Assembly: GCA_900539605.1 (NCBI GenBank)
Contig: UQCS01000002.1
Coordinates: 20,955 to 84,954 of the forward strand
Reading direction: 5' to 3'
DNA from: an uncultured Azospirillum sp.
GTDB taxonomy: Bacteria; Pseudomonadota; Alphaproteobacteria; RF32; CAG-239
DNA length: 64,000 nt
The notes below the pieces were generated by a model, which had not been told where the DNA came from, ran no database searches, and saw only the letters and a program-made list of their open reading frames with translations. Made by a program: the position numbers and the translations under genes. Each line of letters begins with the position of its first letter. Within the stretch, counting starts at the first letter, position 1. Shown in pieces: positions 38,935 through 47,608 of the stretch.

Positions 38935-39954
38935 ATGCGCATTTTTAAATATATTTCAATATTTTTTCTGGCGGCAGCCGCCATTTTCTATATTTGGCAC
39001 GAACCGGTCCCCTATCAGATCATGAGCGGACAAACGATGGGAACCTATTACAGCGTTAAAGTAAAAACAGGACGTGAAAACAAGCTGCTGCATAAAAATA
39101 TTAAAGAAGAACTCGAGGCTGTCAATACTGAAATGTCGGTATTTGACAACAACTCCGAAATTTCGCGGATTAATCGCGAACCGGCAGATAAATGGATTGA
39201 ACTTTCGCCGCCGATGCAAAAAGTTCTTCAAAATGCCTACACCATTTACAGTCAGAGCAACGGTGCCTTCGATCCGACAGTCGGACGGTTGGTAGACTTG
39301 TGGGGCTTTGGGACCATCCGTCCTAAAAAAGTGCCTTCCGAAGAAGATATCCGCGAGGTTCTGAAAACCTCCGGTTTTAATAAAATCCGCTTCACCCACG
39401 ATTTTGACAAGATCAAAAAAGAACACGACGAAACAATGATTAACTTGTCGGCAATTGCCAAGGGATACGGTGTTGACCGGATTGCCGAACTGCTGGAAAA
39501 ACTGGGTTATCACGATTATGTGGTTGAAATCGGCGGCGAAGTACGTGCCGGCGGCCGCAAATCCGAACAAGTGAACGGCTGGAATGTCGGCATCATCCGC
39601 CCCGAAAACGATTATACCGAAAACGCTTATGTCATCACCCTCAAAAACCAGGCTGTGGCCACTTCCGGCGATTACCGCAACTTCATCTACGTCGATGATA
39701 AAAAATACTCGCACACTATCTCCCCCAAAAGCGGTTATCCGGTCGAAAACAACCTTATCTCCGCGACTGTCTTTCATTCCAGCTGCATGATTGCCGACGG
39801 TATGACAACGGCGATGATGGCTATGGGCGAAAAAGCAGCGTTGGATTATGCCAACCGTTATAATGTTGCCGCCGTTTTATTTGTCCGCGGTGAAGACAAC
39901 ACCGTCAAACCGTTGTTGTCGGAAAGAGCCAAAAGACTGGTCGGACGGAAATAG
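38935..39954 (+). CDS. apbE: FAD:protein FMN transferase (ApbE family)
   Basis: 339 aa, N-terminal anchor. FDPTVG, AKGYGVD, ATSGDY, ADGMTTA motifs. Sits directly upstream of the rnf cluster. Confidence 0.88.
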   Translation: MRIFKYISIFFLAAAAIFYIWHEPVPYQIMSGQTMGTYYSVKVKTGRENKLLHKNIKEELEAVNTEMSVFDNNSEISRINREPADKWIELSPPMQKVLQNAYTIYSQSNGAFDPTVGRLVDLWGFGTIRPKKVPSEEDIREVLKTSGFNKIRFTHDFDKIKKEHDETMINLSAIAKGYGVDRIAELLEKLGYHDYVVEIGGEVRAGGRKSEQVNGWNVGIIRPENDYTENAYVITLKNQAVATSGDYRNFIYVDDKKYSHTISPKSGYPVENNLISATVFHSSCMIADGMTTAMMAMGEKAALDYANRYNVAAVLFVRGEDNTVKPLLSERAKRLVGRK

Positions 39955-39956
39955 CA

Positions 39957-40364
39957 ATGGAAAACATTACCCGCTGCGGCATCATTACAACTGTCAATCC
40001 CGGTTCAGTTACCGTCACTTTCATCCGCAATGAAGCCTGCAGCGGCTGTGCGGCCAAAAATGCCTGTGGTTTAAGCGGCGGCCAACCGCTCAGCGTCGAA
40101 GTCAAAACCAATGCGCCGCAAAATTATCGAATCGGCCAAAATGTCACCCTCGAAATTTCGGTAGAAAACGCACTGACGGCCGCCCTTTGGGCATATGTCC
40201 TGCCATTGTTTTTGATGTTGTCGGTTCTGGCTGCATTTCTTACCTTCGGCAGCAACGAAACAACGGCAGCAACCGCGACACTTGCCGTGTTGCCACTCTA
40301 TTATGCCTTTCTGTACCTGTTTCGCCGTCGTTTCAAATCGCGAATAAAAATTAAATTGCGATAA
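39957..40364 (+). CDS. rseC: RseC/MucC (SoxR-reducing system) family protein
   Basis: N-terminal Cys cluster ACSGCAAKNACG followed by two TM helices, 135 aa. Confidence 0.8.
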   Translation: MENITRCGIITTVNPGSVTVTFIRNEACSGCAAKNACGLSGGQPLSVEVKTNAPQNYRIGQNVTLEISVENALTAALWAYVLPLFLMLSVLAAFLTFGSNETTAATATLAVLPLYYAFLYLFRRRFKSRIKIKLR

Positions 40365-40440
40365 CTGAAAAAAAACATTTTGCATCCCCCGAATTTGTGC
40401 TATGAATAAGGCATTGTAAACGAAAGCAAGAGACTGATTG

Positions 40441-41277
40441 ATGAGTGAAGTTATCGTAGCCAACATTATCGTTTTATCGTCAATTGCCGTCGCCGCGGCA
40501 ATCATATTATATTTTGCAGCCCAAAAATTTAAGACTGAAAACAACCCGGTAGCCGACGAAATTGCAGCAATGCTGCCACAAGCCAACTGCGGCGCCTGCG
40601 GCAAAGCCGGCTGTCAGGATTTCGCCAACACCTGTGCCGCTGCCGACGCCGAATCTTTCGCCCGCCTCTACTGTCCGGTTGGCGGCACCAAAGTGATGAA
40701 CACTATTGCCGCACGGCTCGGCTATTCTTCCACCGAACATGAGCCGACAATTGCTGTTTTGCATTGCAACGGCACTTGTGAAAACGCTCCCGACAAAGTT
40801 GAGTATATCGGCCTGCAAAGCTGCCGGCTTGCCAATCGCGCTTTTGTCGGCAAAACCGGTTGTCCCGACGGCTGTCTGCGCCTGGGTGACTGTGTTCGCA
40901 ATTGCCCTTTCGGCGCCATTGAAATGAATCCGCAAACCGGATTACCCGAAGTCAACCCCGACAAATGCACATCCTGCGGGGCCTGTGTACGCATTTGTCC
41001 GCGCGGATTATACGAGATCAGGCCGCGCGGTAAAAACGGCGTTCGCGTTTACGTTGCCTGCAGCAATCGCCAAAAAGGCACACTGGCCCGCAAAAACTGC
41101 AAAGCCGCCTGCATTGCCTGTATGAAATGCACAAAAATCTGCCCGGAAGTCAAGGTAGAAAACAATCTCTCCCATATTCCCGCTACTGTCTCGGCCGAAG
41201 CTTACGGGGCTGAACTGGCGGCCAACTGCCCGACCGGCGCTATCATTTATACCGGAGTGAAAGATGAGCAAGATTAA
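40441..41277 (+). CDS. rnfB: Rnf electron transport complex subunit B
   Basis: N-terminal TM, CGACGKAGC cluster, several 4Fe-4S ferredoxin motifs (CVRNCP, CTSCGACVRICP, CIACMKCTKICP). The track start at 40438 is TTG; ATG at 40441. Confidence 0.9.
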   Translation: MSEVIVANIIVLSSIAVAAAIILYFAAQKFKTENNPVADEIAAMLPQANCGACGKAGCQDFANTCAAADAESFARLYCPVGGTKVMNTIAARLGYSSTEHEPTIAVLHCNGTCENAPDKVEYIGLQSCRLANRAFVGKTGCPDGCLRLGDCVRNCPFGAIEMNPQTGLPEVNPDKCTSCGACVRICPRGLYEIRPRGKNGVRVYVACSNRQKGTLARKNCKAACIACMKCTKICPEVKVENNLSHIPATVSAEAYGAELAANCPTGAIIYTGVKDEQD

Positions 41278-42583
41278 AACCTTTTCTGTCGGCGGTATTC
41301 ATCCCGACAAATACAAAATAACCTCTGACCTTCCGATCAGGGACGCCGGCATTCCCGATATGCTGTATGTTCCGGTCAAACAACATATCGGCGCACCGGC
41401 GAAAATTCTGGTCAAAAAAGGCGACCGGGTCAAAACTGGCACGTTGCTCGCCGATGCCGACGGCATCGTTTCCGCCGATGTCCACGCACCTGCCTCCGGC
41501 GAAGTGGTCAAAATTGAAGAAATTGTCGGCGAAGTTGGTTACCTCGAACAGATGGTCACCATCAAAACCGACGGCGATGAGTGGGAAGAAAGCATTGACC
41601 GCACTCCCGACATCATTCGCAAAATTACGGCCTCTCCGGAACAAATCGTCAGCACCATCCGCGCTGCCGGTATTGTCGGCATGGGCGGCGCCGGTTATCC
41701 GACGCCGATTAAGGCAACCGTACCTGCCGGCAAAAAAATCGATTGTATCATTTTAAACGGTATTGAATGCGAACCTTACCTGACCGCCGATGACCGCCTG
41801 ATGCAGGAAAAGGCCGAACAAATCATCATCGGCGCCAAAATCCTCAATAAAGCACTGGGAATCCAAAAAGCGATTATTGCCATTGATGAAAACAAACCGC
41901 ATGCGATCGAAACCATGCGTAAATTGACCCGAAGCTATGTCGGTGTCAATGTAGCCGTCTGCGCCACCAAATACCCTCAGGGCTCGGAAAAACAATTGAT
42001 TGCCGCCGTCACCGGACGCGAAGTGCCCCCCGGGTGCCTGCCGGTTGACGTCAACTGCGTGGTACAAAACGTCGGTACCGTTTATGCGGTTTATGAAGCA
42101 GTTCAAAAACACAAACCGTTGTTTGAACGCATTGTGACCGTCAGCGGTGACGACATTAAAAACCCCGGCAACTACCGTGTCAGAATCGGCACCCCCGCTT
42201 CTTATCTGATTGAGCAGGCCCAACCGTTGGAAATACCGGGCAAAATCATTTTCGGCGGTCCGATGATGGGAACGGCGGCCACCAATCTGGCAGCACCGGT
42301 TACCAAAACCACATCTGGAATTTTGCTGTTGAAGACGGCTTCGGTTATTGATCCCGAACAAACCGCCTGCATCCGCTGCGGCCGCTGCATCGAGGTTTGT
42401 CCGCAGGGATTGCAGCCGTTTGCCATTACCGGATATGTTCGCCGCGGTGAATATCAGGAAGCCAAAAAAATTCATGTTCTTGATTGCATGGAATGCGGCA
42501 GCTGTTCCTATACCTGCCCGGCAAGGATTCCGCTTACCGACTACTGTAAACTGGCCAAATACGAAATACGCAAAAAGAAATAG
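41264..42583 (+). CDS. rnfC: Rnf complex subunit C
   Basis: GMGGAGYPT NADH/FMN motif. CIRCGRCIEVCP and CMECGSCSYTCP clusters. Confidence 0.93.
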   Translation: MSKIKTFSVGGIHPDKYKITSDLPIRDAGIPDMLYVPVKQHIGAPAKILVKKGDRVKTGTLLADADGIVSADVHAPASGEVVKIEEIVGEVGYLEQMVTIKTDGDEWEESIDRTPDIIRKITASPEQIVSTIRAAGIVGMGGAGYPTPIKATVPAGKKIDCIILNGIECEPYLTADDRLMQEKAEQIIIGAKILNKALGIQKAIIAIDENKPHAIETMRKLTRSYVGVNVAVCATKYPQGSEKQLIAAVTGREVPPGCLPVDVNCVVQNVGTVYAVYEAVQKHKPLFERIVTVSGDDIKNPGNYRVRIGTPASYLIEQAQPLEIPGKIIFGGPMMGTAATNLAAPVTKTTSGILLLKTASVIDPEQTACIRCGRCIEVCPQGLQPFAITGYVRRGEYQEAKKIHVLDCMECGSCSYTCPARIPLTDYCKLAKYEIRKKK

Positions 42584-42596
42584 GACTACACCGACA

Positions 42597-43589
42597 ATGC
42601 TTAAAATTTCGACTGCCCCTCACTTTTATTCTTCCACCGATACCCGCTCAATCATGCGGGATGTGATTATTGCTCTGCTTCCGGCAGGTGCGGTTGCAAT
42701 CGCCCTTTTCGGCATCACTGCCTTAACCACGCTTATTACCGCCGTTGCCGGATGCGTATTTTTTGAATATGCAAGCGCCAAATGGTGGTTTAAACAACCG
42801 CCGGCCACCCGCGACCTTTCGGCCGTTGTCACCGGTATTTTGCTGGCTTATAACCTTCCTTGCAACATGCCGGTATGGATGACCCTGATCGGTTGCTTTG
42901 TCGCCATCGTCATCACTAAAACCGCTTTCGGCGGCATCGGCAAAAACCTTTTCAATCCGGCGCTGGCCGGGCGGGTTTTCCTGTTCATTTCCTTTCCGGT
43001 GCAGATGACAACCTGGGTTCGCCCGCACCTGTTTGATTTTATGAACACCGACGTGACCACTTCAGCCACCACTTTGAATATCCTCAAACATGTAGACGCT
43101 TCCAGTTCTGCAACGCAACTGACCGCAAAATTGGACAAGCTTCCCGATCATCTGGAAATGTTTCTCGGCTACACCGGCGGTTCAATGGGCGAAGTTTCGG
43201 CGTTGGCGCTTTTGCTGGGCTTTCTTTACCTGTTGTATCGCAAGGTCGTTTCCTGGCACATTCCGTTCTATTATCTCGGCTCTTTCTTTATTCTTACCGG
43301 CATCTGCTGGCTGACCACATCTTCGCCAGCCGTTGAACCGGTAACCCATCTTTTGTCGGGCGGCCTGCTGCTGGGGGCATTTTTTATGGCAACCGATTAC
43401 ACCACTTCGCCGATGAGTGAAAACGGCAAAATCATCTTTGCCGTCGGCTGCGGTGTTCTCACCTTTGTTATCCGCCGATACAGTTCCTATCCCGAAGGTG
43501 TTTCGTTTGCCATTCTGATTATGAACGCTTTCGTCCCTTTGATCGACAAATATGCACACCCGCGCATTTTCGGAACCGGGAGAAAATAA
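42597..43589 (+). CDS. rnfD: Rnf complex subunit D
   Basis: Polytopic membrane protein starting MLKISTAPHF. Flavinylation-type motif TSAT in DVTTSATTL. ATG at 42597. Confidence 0.9.
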   Translation: MLKISTAPHFYSSTDTRSIMRDVIIALLPAGAVAIALFGITALTTLITAVAGCVFFEYASAKWWFKQPPATRDLSAVVTGILLAYNLPCNMPVWMTLIGCFVAIVITKTAFGGIGKNLFNPALAGRVFLFISFPVQMTTWVRPHLFDFMNTDVTTSATTLNILKHVDASSSATQLTAKLDKLPDHLEMFLGYTGGSMGEVSALALLLGFLYLLYRKVVSWHIPFYYLGSFFILTGICWLTTSSPAVEPVTHLLSGGLLLGAFFMATDYTTSPMSENGKIIFAVGCGVLTFVIRRYSSYPEGVSFAILIMNAFVPLIDKYAHPRIFGTGRK

Positions 43590-44186
43590 ATGAAACCGAT
43601 AAAATCTACCCTCTTCAATATGATATTCTCATTGCTGGTCGTTGCGGCCGCATCGGCTTTCGCCCTCGGGTATGTTTACCAAATTACCAAAGAGCCGATT
43701 GCAGAAGCCAAAAACCGCAAAACTCTGGACGCCATCCGCGAAGTGGTCGGCTCTTTCGATAACGATCCTTTCGCCGAAAAAACCACCATTACAACACCCG
43801 ACGGCAAATATAAGCTTCAGCTGTATCCGGCACGCGAAAACGGAACCATCACGGCGGTTGCCATTGAAACATTTTCAGATGGCGGTTTCGGCGGCAAAGT
43901 GGAATTGATTATCGGTATGCTGATGGACGGAACCGTCACCGGGTACAAAGTTATTGAACAAAAAGAAACCCCGGGACTGGGTTCCAAAATTGCGGAGAAA
44001 AAATTTGCCAGTCAGTTTGTCGGCCTCAACGCCTATCAGGATCAGTTTAAGCTGCAAAAAGACGGCGGTGAAATCGACGCCGTCACCGGCGCAACCATCA
44101 GTTCGCGCGCCGTCATTGATGCCGTGCAAAAAGCCGTGCAGACTTACAAGAAGTTTAATGCAGGAGCAACCGGATATGAAGAATAG
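43590..44186 (+). CDS. rnfG: Rnf complex subunit G
   Basis: N-terminal TM and FMN-attachment motif DAVTGATISSRAV. Confidence 0.92.
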   Translation: MKPIKSTLFNMIFSLLVVAAASAFALGYVYQITKEPIAEAKNRKTLDAIREVVGSFDNDPFAEKTTITTPDGKYKLQLYPARENGTITAVAIETFSDGGFGGKVELIIGMLMDGTVTGYKVIEQKETPGLGSKIAEKKFASQFVGLNAYQDQFKLQKDGGEIDAVTGATISSRAVIDAVQKAVQTYKKFNAGATGYEE

Positions 44187-44778
44187 CAACAGCATTTCCA
44201 ACCTTACCCGCGGCATTGTCCGCGACAACCCCGTTTTTGTCATGATGTTGGGCATGTGCCCCACTCTCGGTGTAACCACTTCCTTGGAAAACGCATTCGG
44301 CATGGGAATTGCCACCACTTTTACCCTACTCTTGTCCAACAGCTTTATTTCGCTGGTCAAAAACTTTATTCCTTCAATGGTGCGGATTCCCTGTTATATT
44401 GTTCTGATTGCCTCCATCGTTACCGTCATTGACATGATGATGGCGGCCTATTATCCGGCGCTGCATGCCAAGCTGGGCATTTACATTCCATTGATTGTGG
44501 TTAACTGCATCATTTTGGGACGAGCGGAAGCCTTTGCCTCCAAAAACAACATTGTGCAATCGTTTCTTGATGCCCTGGGTATGGGAATCGGATTTACGGC
44601 GGCCCTTTGTCTGCTCGGATCGGTACGCGAAATCCTCGGCGCCGGCAGTTTGCTGGGGCATAATTTTATCGGCGAAGAAGGTTACCCGCTTTTGTTATTC
44701 ATCATGCCGCCCGGCGCCTTTTTGGCGTTGGCAGGTTTAATTATGGCATTTAACCGTTTGCGGGGAGTAAACCGATGA
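44176..44778 (+). CDS. rnfE: Rnf complex subunit E
   Basis: NPVFVMMLGMCPTLGVTTS and IYIPLIVVNCIILGRAE. ATG at 44176 overlaps the rnfG end. Confidence 0.92.
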   Translation: MKNSNSISNLTRGIVRDNPVFVMMLGMCPTLGVTTSLENAFGMGIATTFTLLLSNSFISLVKNFIPSMVRIPCYIVLIASIVTVIDMMMAAYYPALHAKLGIYIPLIVVNCIILGRAEAFASKNNIVQSFLDALGMGIGFTAALCLLGSVREILGAGSLLGHNFIGEEGYPLLLFIMPPGAFLALAGLIMAFNRLRGVNR

Positions 44779-45356
44779 GCATTACCATGATTTTCGTTTC
44801 GGCCATCTTGGTCAATAATATTGTTTTATCTCAGTTTTTGGGCATTTGTCCGTTTCTTGGGGTTTCTAAAAAAATATCCACCGCTTTCGGAATGGGACTG
44901 GCCGTGATGTTTGTGATGACGATTTCATCAGTTGCCACCTATCTGATTTATTATCAACTGCTAGTACCGTATCAACTGGAATTTATGAACACCGTCGTTT
45001 TTATTCTGGTGATTGCCGCATTGGTCCAAATGGTGGAGATCATCATTAAAAAAGTTTCACCCGTCTTATATCAGGCTTTGGGTATCTTTCTGCCGTTGAT
45101 TACCACCAACTGTGCGGTTCTCGGGGTTGCAATTCTGGCAGTTCAGAAAGAATTTTCGCTTTCGCACTCGGTTTGTTTCGGGTTGGCGAACGCAATCGGC
45201 TTCACTTTGGCAATTGTTCTGATGGCAGGACTGCGGGAACGTATCAACCAAAATCCGGATGCTTTGCCGCGGGGCATGCGCGGTGCACCGATTGTTCTGA
45301 TCACGGCAGCGTTGCTTTCAATGGCGTTCATGGGCTTTTCGGGCATTGGCAATTAA
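44775..45356 (+). CDS. rnfA: Rnf complex subunit A
   Basis: NNIVLSQFLGICPFLGVS and FLPLITTNCAVLG. ATGA overlap with the rnfE stop. Confidence 0.92.
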   Translation: MSITMIFVSAILVNNIVLSQFLGICPFLGVSKKISTAFGMGLAVMFVMTISSVATYLIYYQLLVPYQLEFMNTVVFILVIAALVQMVEIIIKKVSPVLYQALGIFLPLITTNCAVLGVAILAVQKEFSLSHSVCFGLANAIGFTLAIVLMAGLRERINQNPDALPRGMRGAPIVLITAALLSMAFMGFSGIGN

Positions 45357-45584
45357 CATTTTCCCCTTATTGTCAAAATATCCTTTTGCCCCCACGCCCT
45401 TTATAATTAAACAAAACGACGAGAAACATAGCCGTCGGCCGTAATTTTCCGGCCGATTCGTTCTGCACGTCCGGGATCCGCCTTGTTTGTAATCTTGATA
45501 CAACCGGGGAATTGACTTTGCATATCAAATCATTTAATTATATCCCTGAAATTGATTATTTATTACTTATTAAACGATTTGCGT

Positions 45585-46292
45585 ATGAAAAAAATTGGAA
45601 TTTTAGGCGGAATGTCATAGCCATCAACCATTGAATATTACCGCATTATCAACCAACGTGTTAACGAAGCACTCGGCGGAAACCACTCGGCTCAGATCAT
45701 CCTTTACAGCGTCGACTTCGCTGCCGTCGAAAAGATGCAAAAAGCCGGTCATTGGAAAGAACTGGGTTCAATGCTGGCTTTACTGTCCAAGCAATTTTTG
45801 TCGGAAGCCGACATTCTGGTCATTGCGACTAACACCATACACAAAGTTGCCGAACAGATCGAACAAATCAGCGGCAAAAAAGTACTGCATATCGGTGATG
45901 TAACCGCCCGCGCCATCAAACGCGAACGGCTGACCAAGGTTGGTTTGCTCGGAACCCGTTTCACCATGCAAGAGAACTTCTACAAGAACCGTCTCCGCAA
46001 TTACGAAATTGAGGTTGCCGTCCCCGAACCGATGGAGATCAATCAGGTTAACAGCATCATCTACGATGAACTGGTCAAGGGCGTTATTTCTACCGAAGCC
46101 AAAAACAAACTGGAAAACTTCATCCGGCGGCCGGTCGAAGAGAAAGAATGCCAGGGCATTATTCTCGGCTGTACCGAACTGCCGTTACTGTTCAACGAAG
46201 ATCAGGAAAAATGCTGTGGCGTACCATTATTCAACACCACGAATCTCCACGCTGCCGCAGCGGCTGATTATGCTCTGCTGCAATCTATGTAA
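45585..46292 (+). pseudogene. aspartate/glutamate racemase family gene (YgeA-like) interrupted by an in-frame TAG at codon 12
   Basis: Reads MKKIGILGGMS-TAG-PSTIEYYRIIN..., continuous in frame with track ORF 45735-46292. TAG at 45618-45620 sits where the family has Trp (GGMSWxST). The downstream GCTELPLL motif is intact. Confidence 0.75.
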
Positions 46293-46312
46293 ATTTCCCA
46301 TGACTCTTAAAA

Positions 46313-46346
46313 CGGCTTGTTCCCACTCGGAAGCAAGCCGTTTTTT
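46313..46346 (+). terminator. rho-independent terminator after the racemase-family gene
   Basis: CGGCTTGTTCC...GGAAGCAAGCCG hairpin followed by TTTTTT. Confidence 0.65.
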
Positions 46347-46365
46347 ACAATCACATTTAAAAAAC

Positions 46366-46398
46366 AAAAAAGCCCCGGGTTCCCCGGGGCTTTTTTAA
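46366..46398 (-). terminator. terminator after the 264-aa gene (GC-rich hairpin, runs on both sides)
   Basis: AAAAAAGCCCCGGG-TT-CCCCGGGGCTTTTTT. Confidence 0.65.
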
Positions 46399-46404
46399 AG
46401 CGGT

Positions 46405-47199
46405 TTATTTTCCAAAACCGAACCAGTTTTTCAGACCGGACTTTTCTTTGACGCTGTCAACAACCGAATTCAGGCTTTCTTCGGCCGCGCCTTTCAAATC
46501 GGCCAGCTTGCTGCTCAAAACCGTATCATATGCGGTATTAAAGATCTTTTGCAAAACCACCGCTAATGTGTCTGCAATGCTGGCGCCGTTGTCATTTTTT
46601 TCTTTGCCGATATCCTGCATTTTGATTTCCGGCAACGGAACCGAAGCCGAAGCGGCATGACCGGCTAACGAAGCAGCCACGTTGATGCTGCCGCCGGCAA
46701 CTTTCAAACGGTTAACCACTACTTTCTTGCTCTCTCCCGTTTTGTTTTCCGCTTTTGCATCTTTCTCAACTTTTTCCGCGGCCGCTTTCTGATCGGCTTT
46801 GGCGGTATTTTTCTTGATATTCTCCATCAACTGGGAAATGTTATTCTGGGTCACCGAAAGCAGTTCATAGGTAATTTCCGGCTTTTCGACTTCTACATTT
46901 TCAATCACGATAGTCTTGTCAAGCAATGATTTGAGATTAATCTTAACTGCAACCCGTCCGACACTCATAATATTCGGCTGGCTGTAATTCTGCGGATTGG
47001 CTACCGTCAGTTTCTTTACTTCAACTTCACCGTTAAAAATATCGAGACGAAAACCGCCTAAATTAACTTCGGTTCCGGTTACCTGACTTCCGTATTTGTG
47101 AACCACGGTCTTAACAATATCTTCTACCGACGGCGTCATAAAATAGGCAGCAACACCGCCTGCCGCCAAAATCAACAAAACGATCATAAGTTTTTTCAT
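46405..47199 (-). CDS. membrane-anchored periplasmic protein of unknown function (possibly AsmA/DUF748-like)
   Basis: N-terminal anchor MKKLMIVLLILAAGGVAAYF. A repetitive beta-rich region (V.L.GF.LDI.NGEV.VKKLTV.NP) recalls DUF748/AsmA-type repeats. Confidence 0.5.
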   Translation of the reverse strand: MKKLMIVLLILAAGGVAAYFMTPSVEDIVKTVVHKYGSQVTGTEVNLGGFRLDIFNGEVEVKKLTVANPQNYSQPNIMSVGRVAVKINLKSLLDKTIVIENVEVEKPEITYELLSVTQNNISQLMENIKKNTAKADQKAAAEKVEKDAKAENKTGESKKVVVNRLKVAGGSINVAASLAGHAASASVPLPEIKMQDIGKEKNDNGASIADTLAVVLQKIFNTAYDTVLSSKLADLKGAAEESLNSVVDSVKEKSGLKNWFGFGK

Positions 47200-47366
47200 C
47201 TAAAGTTCCTCGTTTTTATGTTAGTCTATCGTATTTGGTTATAAAAAAATTTCACCAATTTGACAACCGATAATTCATCTTTAACGACAACAGATATAAA
47301 ATTTTATTCTTTATCAATATTTTTTCTCTCTAAATAAAATTTTTATCCATTGCTGCAAAAAAAATG

Positions 47367-47395
47367 TTGCAAAAAAAAATATTGCGGTTTATAGT
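47367..47395 (+). promoter_or_regulatory. sigma70-like promoter for tRNA-Lys (TTGCAA-17 nt-TATAGT)
   Basis: TTGCAA at 47367-47372 and TATAGT at 47390-47395, 18 nt upstream of the tRNA. Preceded by duplicated TGCAAAAAAAA tracts. Confidence 0.5.
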
Positions 47396-47412
47396 CCGCT
47401 CATATGAATTAT

Positions 47413-47488
47413 GGGTGCGTAGCTCAGTTGGTAGAGCAACTGACTCTTAATCAGTGGGTCTGGGGTTCGAACCCCCACGCGCCTACCA
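47413..47488 (+). tRNA. tRNA-Lys (CTT anticodon), CCA encoded
   Basis: Cloverleaf: acceptor GGGTGCG/CGCGCCT, D arm GCTC/GAGC, anticodon arm ACTGA-CTCTTAA-TCAGT, T arm TGGGG-TTCGAAC-CCCCA, A73, CCA. Confidence 0.92.
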
Positions 47489-47495
47489 TAATCTG

Positions 47496-47522
47496 AAAGC
47501 CTGCTTTACAGCAGGCTTTTTT
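47496..47522 (+). terminator. rho-independent terminator after tRNA-Lys
   Basis: GCCTGC-TTTACA-GCAGGC followed by TTTTTT. Confidence 0.7.
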
Positions 47523-47608
47523 CAATTGTACTTTCAACTTCCCGCTTTCTTCCGACTGGGAGCTTAAAAATTTCGGCAACAGCTGACGATAAAACCGGGA
47601 AGCGGCTT

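Noticed and set aside
40071-40604. 177-aa minus-strand ORF bridging rseC and rnfB
   Set aside because: It is antisense to two confident genes and crosses their intergenic region. It has no motifs or SD.
45618-45620. TAG recoding (read as an amino acid) as an explanation for the in-frame stop in the racemase-family gene
   Set aside because: Confident genes in the same window terminate at TAG (for example rnfC at 42581-42583, rnfG at 44184-44186 and apbE at 39952-39954). TAG therefore behaves as a normal stop here.
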